A stretch of DNA of 64,000 nt from Bigelowiella natans CCMP2755. Lineage: Eukaryota; Protista; Cercozoa. Made by a program: the position numbers and the translations under genes. The stretch is from assembly GCA_000320545.1 (NCBI GenBank), contig ADNK01002373.1, positions 1 to 64,000 of the forward strand, written 5' to 3'. Below the pieces are notes generated by a model. That model ran no database searches. It worked only from the letters and a program-made list of their open reading frames with translations, and had not been told where the DNA came from. This document shows, piece by piece, positions 17,126-29,689 of this stretch (its first letter is position 1; every line of letters begins with the position of its first letter).

Positions 17126-18369
17126 TGAGCTTGGACTATATTATATTTCAGCTAGCTGCCTGTATCAAAGCTGCTAGCAAAGTTTCTGCGATTGTTCTTC
17201 TTATTCAACATGTTTAGATGAAGGACAAGTACCTGCAGCTTTCTGTCTTGCTCTACGTAACGAGCTGTCGTCGAGAATGGGAGCAGCATCAACTGCCTCA
17301 GAGGAGCTGTCAGCATGTGAAAATGATGTAAGTAAAATAATAATTCTTCAAGGGAGGAATCAAGAGAAAGAGTTTGTGTTGTGTTGCTCTTCCTATCTCA
17401 TCATCATTATCGATGTCATCGTAACCGTCATCATCTCCATCATCATCATCATCATCGTCGTCACCTTTTATACTTCCCGTGCATTAGATAGTATGCAAAC
17501 CGAATGATTGGAGTAAAATCGTCCGTCTTAAAGAAGTAGAAGAAGAAGAAGAAGAAGAAAGAGAAGAGGCAGCAACAAGAGCGAGAACATCTGTTATGAG
17601 GCAACGTAAGATCACACGAGAATACAACTTCGACTGAGACCCTCCATTATCCCTCTCCTCCCCCCTCCTCCTCCTCCTCCTCCTCCTCCTTCTCCTCCCT
17701 TAGCAGCTTCTTTGACTATTCATCTCCTTATGACATATGCATAGCTTCACGATGATATCAGTATTAGCTTATCATACCTCCGGATACTGTAAGAGGATGG
17801 CAAGCTTCATCACCTCGTCAGACTGACAAAATAATAATATAATAATAATAGAGTTGTTCATCATCATCATCATTCTCATCATCATCGTGTATATCATCAT
17901 ACGCATCAACCAATATCATTAACGAACAACGAGATCTATCTTCAAATTTAGTAGTAGCAGCACGACAATGATGAGGCAAAAACCACATATACCAACAATC
18001 AAGATGAAGAATTATTATTCTTTTAATGGGTTTTCCTCCCCCCCCCTCTTTTCCTTCAAGTAAATAATGTCAGTCGAACATACATACATACATACCTGGA
18101 TGATCGGTCTTCGTGCTGCCATGAGCATTGCTACGCAGAAGTGATCCAATGCATGCAAGGGTGAGCTTGTTAACAGCAAGAAGTCCCACACTCTGCAGCA
18201 AGTACAAGAGAAAGCAAGGGAGAGGAAAATTGAATAAGATTTTAGAGACAGGCATCTCAAATATGACAATACTATCATATATAAGCATCAGATTCTAACA
18301 TTATTGTGCTTATTTTTGATAATTCCTACGATGTTGAGGATGGGTTAGAGAGGGGGGGAGAACAAGAAA

Positions 18370-18412
<43 letters not shown>

Positions 18413-19687
18413 AGATGGTATTGTTATTGTTATTTAATTTGTTATTAAATATGTAACAACAATAATAATATCTGGAGAACCGAAGCAGCTGGTCAATAGG
18501 GATCTCACGAGAAAAAAGAACACGAATCCAACGTAACAAGTATACTTGTGGCATTACCCCCGCCCTGTGTATTACCACATTATCCACATACAAAAGCAAT
18601 CTCTTATTTTCCCAACCCTTTCCATTTTGTTATCATCACTTCATTATCGATATCATCACCATTGCATATTACTTTTGATCGTGGTGATTATAATATACTT
18701 CCATTATTCTTGATGATTATCATTATCATCACCCCCCACCATTATTATTACCTTTCCATTTCCCTGAAGAGTTCTGGGTCGTTATGGCGCAACAAATCGT
18801 AGTGAATACGCTGAAACCTATGCAAGTTGGCAAGTGGTACATTGTAAAATATGGGGGAGGAGAAGGTGATTCGGATCAACATTCCCCTCATTTTCTTATC
18901 TCCTCCTCCTCTCTTTCTTTTAATCTGAAATAAACTATTCTACCACGATGTCTTTATGTTGTTTCCTGTTGTGATTTTGGAGGAGGAGCTAGCTAGCTAC
19001 TAGGAGGTATATTTCTTTGTCGTACCAACTATCAAATCAACAAAAACTTTGAAGAAGATACAGAAAAAGCAGCGCTGTTTTGATTATCGGTGGTACATGC
19101 TCACTTACTTGTTAAGGAGGGCCACGCTAGAGTCTGCTGCTACTGCTGCTGCTGCTGCTCCTTGAGAGATCGTTGACGACGACGATGAAGAAGAAGAAGA
19201 GGAAGAGTTTGCTTCACCACCTCTCCCAGTAGATGATGATGATGATGATGATGTTACAGTAGCAGGACTGGATGATGATTGTGGTGATAATGGTGATGAT
19301 GAATACTGTGCAATCTTTTGAGGAGGAGGAAGAGAGGAGCTGTTGGTTGAGCTTGGAGTGAAATCAGAACTTCCTTCAATACTAATAGGGGTTCCTCCAA
19401 GTTGTTTTCTACTTGTTCTTCTTTCTTCTCCTCTTCTTCTTCTGCTGCTGCTACTAGTGGTAGTTGTGGGCGAGGAGGAGGTTAATAATGCAGGTGTAGC
19501 ATCAGTATCGGCATTAGCAGCAGCACAGGACTCTAGAGCTGCAATTTTATTACTCAGCTCGTGTGCGTCTAGAAATCGTTGCTCCTTAACAGCGATCTCG
19601 AGTTCTTGACGAAAAATCGATATGGCTTTCTGCATTGCGTCAGAGGAAGAAATGGTAGAAGAAAATTTGCTACTATGATTTGTGGTG

Positions 19688-19718
<31 letters not shown>

Positions 19719-22700
19719 AAGAAGAATCGTTGATGTGACGGCTTGCCGCAGAACCACCATTCTTATTACCAAGGAATTGACTATTGGCTTTCTGCTCAAT
19801 TTTCCTTTTGCCCCCTATAGAAACGACAACAATACTTTCCTTATTCTGCTTGATGTCGCTATCATCAGAGACTTTATCATCTTGCATCAATCCTCCGCTA
19901 TCCAGATAATAGTAGTGGTGGTGAGCATTTCTTCCTCCTCCTTCTCCTCCTCCTCCTCCTCCTCCTGTCTCTGTTTCCATTCTCGAACCTGTTGATGTGC
20001 TACAGTCTCTATCATCATGATCGTTAGTAGAAGCAGTAACTGGAGCTTTCCCTTCATTATCATCTTCATTATTATCTTCTCCTTTTTCCTCATTGAAATC
20101 CTCATTTCCAGTCGTGGTTTCTCTTCTTCTTCTTCTTCTATTGATGTAGTATTCTTGCGCCAAAGCTACCTCTTGCTCGACCAATGCGTACATCACCTGA
20201 TAGGGAAACCAATTGTGCATAAATAGTAGTAGTAGTATTAGTAGTAGTAGTTGTGACCACGTGCAGGTCCAAGAAAATAAGCAAAACAAATGACAGTTAA
20301 AAGAAAAAACAGAGGAAGAAGAGGAAGACGATACTTTTTCAAAAGAATGTCACGAAGATGGTGATGTAGTTTTGATGATCAAAATATGGTGCTTGTTCCA
20401 CAATCAACATACCTCTTTCTCCTCCCCTAGATATCGGTATCTAGCGGACATTGCGAACGTAGATGACAAAGTAGAAGAAGAAGATGATGATGATGATAAA
20501 GTGGAATGGGAGGATACCGCTGCTGGATTATTATTAATGTTGTTGGACGATCCTCCTCCTCCTCCTCCTTGCGGCATACTTGTTGGTGGGAATCCATACC
20601 AAAGGCACATGTGGTCCATCAGTCCGCAGAAGAGTGCATAGGCGTCGGCTTCCATATCACCCTCGCTCACAGCAGATATCAGCTCAGGAGCGACACCTCC
20701 CCATCCGCGAGGCAAAGGAAAATTAGAGCAGCTTGAATTCGCAGCACTACTGTTATCCTTGCTTTGATTTCCCTTTAGATGATTATGAGTATCGTCCATC
20801 AGCGTTGAGTGATGAGAGAAAGACTTTGCCCATCCTCCGTCATTTACCTGATGACGATTTTCTGCTCCTCTTCTTTCACTTATTGCCAATGGTGGTGATG
20901 ATGAGGACGATGATGATGATGATGATGCTACTAGCCCTGACCGCTGCTGTGCTAATTGTGCTTCAGCGACATGGCCGTGGTCCTTGATGATGGTATATAA
21001 TATCAGAATCAAGAAGGTGTAATCGTAGTCGCGGTGATGATGATGGATTATTAAGAGTAGCAGTAGCGGCAAAGGGGATAGTATGAAATGCAAAAAATGA
21101 ATGTTTGCAGTGAGAGAATGGTGGGTAAATAGACGCAAGACGAAGATATATTCTTCCATCTATCTAAAGGACTAATGGCTGCAGTACCCTCTGTAATGCA
21201 ATGACAATGACCGCAAGTAGATCGTTCATCCCTTGTCTTGATGATCAGAATTATTTCAAGAAGAAGATAACAACCATCGTTTGCGTCTCAGAATCATATT
21301 ACAGAGATGTTAAGTAGATGAGGCTCTTTCTGTCATCAATATCACCAAAGGCTCTACTGCAATAAGTTGTTTTTGTGTTGCCTATGGGCAGTTGTTGGTA
21401 TGTATGTATGTATGTATGTATGTATGTAGTGTATGTCTGTATGTAGTACCGATAATCTCTATTTGGGCATGCGCTTGAATACACCACTAAGATATTCATC
21501 AAGGCTCTCTGGACGCTGAAGAAATAGGCCATTAAAAACGATCGGAAGGAGGAGGAGAAGATAAGATTATAGTGCTTTAAACACATTAGCATATACATGG
21601 GTTTGTAAAATAAACCAATACACAACAACCGTATACTACTACTACTACAACTACTGCTGTAACTACTTCCAATGATAATATTTATCAATATCGATTCCAT
21701 GTCAATACTCATCAGAGCACACCCACGTAACTACTAACATCGTTGTGATCATCATCATCATCATCATCTCATCCATTCTGTATCGTCATCGTTTATTCAG
21801 ATGCAAGTGATATTCTCCGAATATTCGGTACTAATCCTCCTACTATTTATATAACTGATGGTGTTAGCGATGTTTCTTACCGCTTACGACGGAAAAAGGC
21901 TATGTTTTGTCTTGTTCTCTTTACGTCGATGTACACGTCTCGCAACAGGGCTGAGGATGGGACGAGAAGTTAGGGACGAGAAGTTAATGACGACGAGAAC
22001 GAATATGAGGACTTTGATTATGATTATGATAATGGTGATGATAGCGATGATGATAATATGGTGTAAACTATCTAATAGAAACAAGAACATAAGAATAAAC
22101 TTATGACACTGCAAACATTTTAATGTATTTTGATTTTCTATGGTATTTTATCAACTGTATATGACACCAACGGATACTACTAGTTAGTACAACTACTGCT
22201 ACCACCATTTACATCATCATCATCATCATCATCATTATCATTATCATCATCATTATCATAATCCTATCGTGATTCCACCTTTGCGATCGTTTAGGCGTTC
22301 TTGGTCTTTATCGCCCTCCTTGTGTGGCGTTGGCAGCCTCTCCCCTTCCTTTTTATCGGTGTTTTTATTGCTTGCTTTGGCTTTTCCCATGAGCCTATCC
22401 TCGCATCTTCGCATTTCCTCAGATGTCACCCCTGCAGCAATAATAACAACAACAACAACAATAATAATAATTATAATAATTAAGCACGTAGTTATGCAAA
22501 CCAGCTACTTAACAAAATAGAAAGAGAGAACATAGTGAAACAAAATATACATACACGTACACACACAGAGAGACACACACATATATGTGTATGTTTGTGA
22601 TATTCATGTTCTTCCTCCTAAATTTTCGCCTCTACTCACCGTATTTGGCTTCAAGTGCATTCCAAATCGCGCGTGATCTTGCCACCTAAATTCGTGTATG

Positions 22701-23245
22701 AATCAATCCCTCCATTTAAATTTGTATTGTTTGGATTTATATCTTGATCCAGACATTGAAAGAACAACAGAGACCTATTGTTTCTCTCTCTCTTTCTCTC
22801 TCTCTCTCACCTTTCCCCTCAGTGTTCCCACTACTACTACTACTGCTACTACTACTACTATTACCGATCTCAAGAAGTCCTTCGGCTCCCTGGAATTTTC
22901 ACCACAAAGTGACTCTCGCCAGGAAAAATACCTCAGGCCTGGTCTCAAGACATATTTCCCCTTAACTTTGTCTTTCCTTTTCCATTTCTCAAAAAATCGT
23001 GAGCTGGTTCGAAACCGATGAGTGAAGGGAGTTTTTGGCATGGGGAAGGAGGAGATGTCCAATTGATCTTGCTGCTGCTGTGGTAGCTCATGAGGGTTAC
23101 GGCAAGCATGATTTGACCTCCGTAGTACGCCATGAGTGCCACGTACACCACGTCGTATAGTATTATGATGACATTGATGCTGCTGTCGCTCCTGTCGCTG
23201 ATTCTGTTGTTGAGAAATACAGGAATAATAAAATATAATTAGCAT

Positions 23246-23312
<67 letters not shown>

Positions 23313-23590
23313 GTATAGATATTTATATTCTATGCATAATGCTATATTATAAATAATGTGAATAATAAAATTGAAGTACATGGTATGAACAAATTGGATC
23401 AACGAATAGTATCCACCGACCAAAGTGTTACCATTTAGTAACTTCTGCAAAAAGTATGTGCAACTATTTGTTTCTTTCCACAACCGATGTTAAATATCCT
23501 AAGTCCGTCCAATCCCTATCTTCGCTGGCTACAGAAGAGCTTGCGACCTTAGAACACAAAAAAAAGGAGTGCAAGGAGGACTAGTTTCGA

Positions 23591-23628
<38 letters not shown>

Positions 23629-24003
23629 TGTTTCATATTATTTATGTTCCCTTCAAATGACAACAATCTTACCGTTGATTGCGCCGATGCTACAGTTGAA
23701 GAAGATGGTGTGACCCTACCTCTTTTGGAACCTCGAATCATCACACTCTGAGAAGACAACACGCAAAGCAAGCATTTATCTGACTTGATGTATTGCTGCT
23801 ACAAGTTGGGCTTAAAGTGTGGGTTGCTAGTGGGAAACCATGAGTTGGTCGTGCTCCTCGCGCGTAATAGCTCCATTGAGAAATTTTTTGTTGAGCAAGT
23901 GTTGAATATCAGCAGTAGTGTGATCATGCTGGATGATGGCGTCCCAGTGATCCGGCATGTCATCATTCGAGTCCACAGAAGGATTGAATGTTGGTATCGA
24001 CAT
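14648..24003 (-). CDS. TBC-domain Rab GTPase-activating protein (TBC1D5-like) with C-terminal PH domain, multi-exon
   Basis: Spliced motifs: LRYFSWRESL, DVYIDVKRTRQNIAFF (Arg finger, ~21885-21950), DYRQGMNDLLAVI (Gln finger), MEADAYALFCGLM, DPELFREME, PQVYLLRWIRVLFSREIPIDQLLRVWD, LDHFCVAML, LLQYP. PH-like KGYLK..RWFQLKG..ISLLNCKI..YISADSEASKHVWISSLR. Start (MSIPTFNP..) and stop positions are my best splice model. Confidence 0.85.
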
Positions 24004-24796
24004 AGTGCCGTGAAAGAGATGGGGGGGCGTTTTAAGGACGAAGTGAGGGGGGATGAAGTGAGGGGAGGTTCCAGGCGATGGGCATCATCTTCGTAACTGG
24101 AGGTTATTACGATAGTCAGCTTGCCGTCCTTAGAAAACGCAAGCCAAAATAGATGCTGCTTCGTTTAGAACCGGGATTCGGCAAGGGCGCCCTCAGAAGG
24201 TTTGTTCTTGTCAAAACGCAGTAGATCTACGAGTAGAGAAACTTAGTTAGTTAGTTAGTTAGTTATTCTTTTCGCGCCCTTGACTTCCCAGCTATGTTGT
24301 TACACCGAAGTGAAACTGTGAGCATTTTTCTTGTCGTTTCGTTTTTAGCAGTTGGTTGATGAAGAAAAACTGCTCCTAAACAACAACAACAACAACAACA
24401 TGATCATACTGTTTGTAGTTGGTAATACTACCGACATGTTTGCTCTCATATCGACATCATCATCACTTGCCATCATCAGTCCATTAGTAGTGAAATAAAG
24501 AAACAACAACAATAAAAACAACATCGGCATAATAACCCATATGTTTGTTCACTCACATCATCAACTCGTATCTAACGTTTCTTTCCTACTCTCGTTTCGT
24601 ACTGTCTGCTCGAGCACACGGTTTTTCAGAAGGTGTGGGATGTGGGAAGACTTGGATTGGGAAGGGAGTCGAACAGAATCTGAATCATTGCAGCCTGAGC
24701 AGAAACCGTTTTAAAGAGAATTTGTCTTTGGGGTATTTTTGACAGACAGGCTTCCCAAAAGGAATTTATCAAGTTTTGTAGCTCGTATTGAAGAGA

Positions 24797-26006
24797 ATGC
24801 CGGGTGTTGAATGGTGGTACATGGATGTTATGGGAGACAAGCAGGTAACTGGTATTCTAGGCTAAAAATAAGGAACCTTTGTGCAAGATCCTTCTAAATA
24901 TTTTCATTGTTGTTTCCAGGGCCCGGTGACGCTTCAACACCTTAAAGACCTCTACAAAAAAGAAAAGGCACACGATTACTTCTTCGACTCTGTTATATGC
25001 TTAGGATTTATACCTAAAACAGATATTCCTCGGAACACAAATTTGGGGCACAGGCCAGGGGGAATGGAAAAAGTTATGGGAGGTGAGTTCTAAAAATTTC
25101 CCTTCTACATGTGCACATCGCACTGACTTCAAGTACATTTAAAGATGCCAACCATACGCAAAATTGTGGCTGGAAAACGGTTTGTAAAGCTTTGGAGCAC
25201 TACTACTAGTTTAAATTGTATCATAATACTTCCTACACCGTTGTCCAAAAGTAAAAATGAACTCTGAACTATGTAGAGATGAAATTACATATGTTCCTCA
25301 CGAAAAATCCAAGCCCGCACAACATTTTCGAATCCCAGACGAAAAAATGTGCGATGAGGTAAACAAGCGCAGATCTTTAAACGTTTGACATGTGTCCATC
25401 CAAGTAACTTCGAGTCTGGTCGCACCATTTGTGCTAATAGGTATTCAAAAGATTGAAACTTGACAAGAAAGATGTAAAAACAATCGTTCAATTTTGCTTC
25501 AAGGTTGTAGAAAATTAGATGTTATTTAAAAACAGGCAATAGATATCTTACAATTCATGTAACTACTAGGAAATCGATCAAGACCAATCCGGAACTCTCG
25601 AAATATCAGAAGTGAAAAGCAGCCTTGTAGCATTTTGCAAGCACTTATCAACGAAAGGAGCTGTAGTTTGCATTCCTTCGGACGACGATATTCGTATGTT
25701 AGTTTACTCGCTCGATAAGGTTTTGACCAAGCACATTGTCCGAATTCAACACCCTTATATTGTCAATTTTCTGCTAGGACGGCAATGGAACTCTGGAGAT
25801 CTCTGAGATGGACAGGCTTGCCAAAGGTTTTCTACATATCAACCTCAATTGTACTTATTGTTGTTGTCAAAACAATGCTTCATTTTAATCATACATCACA
25901 ACAATTATTAGGTTTAGCGGCTCGATACTACATTCAAACTAGAGACAATCTAAAAGATATGAAGGAAGAGTTTATTAAGTTGAGCAATGGCCCGTCCCCA
26001 GCGTAG
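24797..26006 (+). CDS. GYF_2 (DUF4339)-like domain plus two EF-hands, ~9 short exons
   Basis: WWYMDVMGDKQ|GPVTLQHLKDLYKKEK|IFLGTQIWGTGQGEWKKLWE fits the GYF_2 pattern. Canonical EF loops DQDQSGTLEISE and DK|DGNGTLEISE. Stop TAG at 26004-26006. Confidence 0.75.
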
Positions 26007-27021
26007 TGCAGGGATGGAACAGAGGTTTGCAAAATGGAATGAAAGCGAAATGTCAAATAGAAGAAAGATCAACTAGAAGCAATTGATTTGTGCATTGTGC
26101 AATGCAATGATGACATCAAACCATGTGACGTACTCTGTGCAGCATATAGCAGGGATGCGTTGCATGCACGTGCACTAGCTAGTTCACAATGTACGATCGG
26201 TCCGCACATTTTCACATCGATCGGTGCTACATGTGCGATGGTAGCAGCGGAGCCCACCTCGCTCTACAGATGAAAATCGATGCGCGCATGTGCACATGGC
26301 TAGATGGGCAACACATACAGCGCGAGCGATGAAGGCACGAGCGGATAGTACAAGACGTGATTGATCGCGATGTGCATGGTTTGCTGCGCACGATATTAGC
26401 AGCCACATTTGGTGACTTTGCATGCCAGGCTGATCCATGCATTGGTTTTGATTGTTTCATTTCTGTTGGGAGCAGATCTGCTGGCCCGATGTAGCTCCAC
26501 ACAGAGCTGGGGACATGTGATGAATGTGCCATCGCAAACATTAGCAACATGGCGGCAAACATGTTCCCTGCATGCTTGTCGGAGATGCGCAGACCTGCAA
26601 ATCTAGAAATGTGCAACTCTCACTGCCATCACAAATCAAGACCAGACGATCTACCCTCTGAGGGAACTCCATCTTTGCACATTTTCATGCTATGACCCTT
26701 TTGTTCACGTTTGATGCTCCAACTACAGATGAATGATTCGCATTGACAGATGATCAACCTTCTCTCAGATTCGCATGCAAAAAAAAAGCGGTTGAGTCCG
26801 TCGCAAATTCTAGAATTATCACACCGAGTTAATTCCGCCCCTGTAATTTTCATCTAAAATTATTCTTTGGTTGCCATGAGCTTAGCTCAGCCACCCTTAG
26901 ACAATTGCAGCGAAATGCATTGTTGCATGGAGGGCATGAAAGTGCTGTAGTTCTACGTCCGACGAGCCAATGATCGTAGATAGTCTCGGCTCCAGAACAC
27001 AGAGAAGAGACGCCGGTGTGC

Positions 27022-27213
27022 AGTAGATCTAGATCTACTCGTATTGACAAGAAATAGAATTTTGGGTAGTAACCGGTAGTAGCAGCAAGCAGTATCAGAA
27101 GCAGTACTTTTAAATCTAGTAGGAAACTGCGACAACGACATTATTTTCACTATTATTTAATATTAGTGAGTAGATCTAGTAGATCTACGACATTATTATT
27201 ATCATTAGATCTA
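27022..27213. promoter_or_regulatory. Cluster of palindromic TAGATCTA motifs upstream of the DUF1295 gene (candidate promoter element)
   Basis: AGTAGATCTAGATCTACT (27022-27039) is a perfect palindrome. TAGATCTA recurs at 27171, 27180 and 27206, and also at 24222 and 56531 in other 5' intergenic regions. Confidence 0.4.
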
Positions 27214-27221
27214 TTATTGTG

Positions 27222-27305
27222 ACAACGACAAACAACGACAAACAAACAACGACAACGACGACGACGACCCACCACTAGCCACGAGACACGAGCCACGAGC
27301 CACTC
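27222..27305 (+). repeat. Low-complexity (ACAACG/ACAA)n and (CCACGAG)n tract
   Basis: gacaacgacaaacaacgacaaacaaacaacgacaacgacgacgacgac followed by gccacgagacacgagccacgagccac. Confidence 0.7.
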
Positions 27306-27434
27306 CTTGAATGGCTCATTCGGATCCACCTTTACGCAAAAGGAAAAGGTATTAGACTATATAGCGAGCTCCCCTAAGTGATTCTGTTCTAAGTTCTTGC
27401 TAATTATCTGTCTAGAAGTAAAAGTGAAGAGAAT

Positions 27435-28792
27435 ATGGGCGAGGAGAAGGAATTGGGGGGAAGCTTGCTTAAACGTAATGCAGACCGAAAGCAGAATCTC
27501 GCGGATCTGAAAACGTGGTGGGACGGGGCCTTCCAAAGTCATTCTCACTCTTCAGCGAAGAATATTTTGAACGCAGCGCTGGTTATATTTGGAGCCTTGC
27601 CTACGGTAGGGATAACAGTTTGGGTTCTTAGCTGCAATCCTACTCCTAATAACGGAAATGTTGATGACTTGCACACAATGAAAGAGGCTTATGAGTCAAG
27701 TTTTCGTTCTCTTCTCTACTGGAGTCCATTATTCTTAATCAACTTCGTATTCTTCATCAATGTGGATATCATATTTTACATAATCGGTTTGCTGCAACGA
27801 TCTTTCTGGCTAATCGATCCCTACTGGACACTGTTTCCTTCCATTTTTGGGCTTATTTGGGCCAGTCATCCAATGGCGGTTGTGAACGCTCGTACAATAG
27901 TAGCAAATATCCTTACCCTAATCTGGGCTATTCGCCTTACTCACAGTTATTTTCGCCGCGAAAATTGGAAATTCGGCGAAAGAGAGGATTGGAGATATAC
28001 GAAGATGGCAATGGAGCATGGAAAGCCGCTGTGGTATCTGATAAGTTTTTTTACTGTCGGTGTGGCACAGCACCCTATGCTCGTGGGAATATCTCTACCG
28101 CTATATTCAGTAGCTTTTGGACCATATGCAAAACATTCTTCTTTTGATTGGATTGATGGAATCATCACGGTAAATAAGGAAATAGTTTGTTCAACAGCAG
28201 ATAGCGGTGCCCTGTTCTTTTTCCGTGGTTGTTGTGACCTTCATCATAGTAGTATATCATATATAGCATTTTATAGGTTAGTATATTTGAAGGATAAATA
28301 TAGTATTCTACATTAATTAATAAAACTATGATGGCAGTTTCGACCCAGGCGCGATTTGTGATAAAATGCTTTCTGTGTTAGGTACTCTGCCTCACAGGAA
28401 TTACAATAGCATGTATCGCTGATAATCAACTTCGATCATTTATGATGGAAAATGAGTCTAGGCGCTCACAGGGCCTACCAAAGATCCGTCTCCTCAGAAA
28501 GGGTTTATGGAGATATTCAAGACATCCGAACTATTTCGGTGAACAAATGTGGTGGTGGAGCCTAGCTTTATTCTCACTGAAAGTTGGACAGTACTGGGCA
28601 ATAGCCGGTACAGCTCTTAATAGCCTTGTACTTGCAATTGTAACGGTTATGACCGAATCCAAAATGCTAAGGGAGTGGCCACCAGAACGTGCTGCTTTAT
28701 ACAAACAATATCAAAAAGAAGTAAGCGCCTGTTTTCCTTGGTTTCTCTTCGGGCGTGACAAGTCAAGCGGCGACGAAGACCAAGACATTTAA
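27435..28792 (+). CDS. DUF1295 family membrane protein (steroid 5-alpha-reductase-like), 2 exons, intron 28170-28381
   Basis: SFWLIDPYWT, WAIRLTHSYFRRE..GEREDWRY, IADNQLRSF, GLWRYSRHPNYFGEQMWWW, YKQYQKEVSACFPW are family hallmarks. Confidence 0.92.
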
Positions 28793-29566
28793 GCATTTGT
28801 GACATTTCTTAGGAAACTTTAAGAAAGTAGGCGCTCGCTCAAAGGTGTAATCCACACTAAATGATTCGAGAGTCGTGTGCACGTTGCACTGTAATCTTAT
28901 TATTCGGTGACATCAGCATTCGCATGCAAGCGCCTAGTGCATACATGTGCGTGTCGTCATATAGTCACATGTTGATTACTGTCTTGTAGCTACACATGTG
29001 AAAATATACGTAGCATCTCTATGGATGTATATAGGATGCAAAAATTCGACAATAAGAGATGTGATTATAGTCGATAATTAAAGCACTAAACAATAGACAC
29101 AGTATATATGATATACGTATGTCTATAGTCTAAAAAGCTAGCTGTATGTGATTTGCGGCAAGTGCTCGACATGCGCTGCATGCGACGTGCGCTGCTATAT
29201 GGCATTGGCCAGTTTTCTAGCCATACGGGGCGCCCAGGAAATTGTGCTTGTGCTTGGCCAGCAGCGCAGCTTCCTTGCTACTCATTATACATTGCTAGTA
29301 GTATATGCAGAACGATTACGCTTAAATTAACATGATGTGTGTTAAAATAATATAATGCTGCGATGAACATGCAAGATCGAATTGCGCTGTTCAATGTAAT
29401 GTGTGAGTGTAACAGCACATGAAGGATCATCATCGTCCTCATCATAATCATCATGCATGATGCATTTTCAAGCTTCTATACTATCCGGAAATGCGCTGGC
29501 TACAGATATCTACAAGATCAAAACCAAGAATCTTGGAGTTTGTTGGAGGATTTTCAACAGACGAAG

Positions 29567-29652
29567 CTACATAATTTTGGCTTTGCTGAAATCCATCTCT
29601 GGATGCTGACCCAATTTAAACACCCATATTACATAAATGTTACATAAACATA

Positions 29653-29689
<37 letters not shown>

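Noticed and set aside
24243-24264. (TTAG)5 as an interstitial telomeric repeat
   Set aside because: Short, lacks the G-run of TTAGG/TTAGGG, and is unremarkable in such a microsatellite-rich genome.
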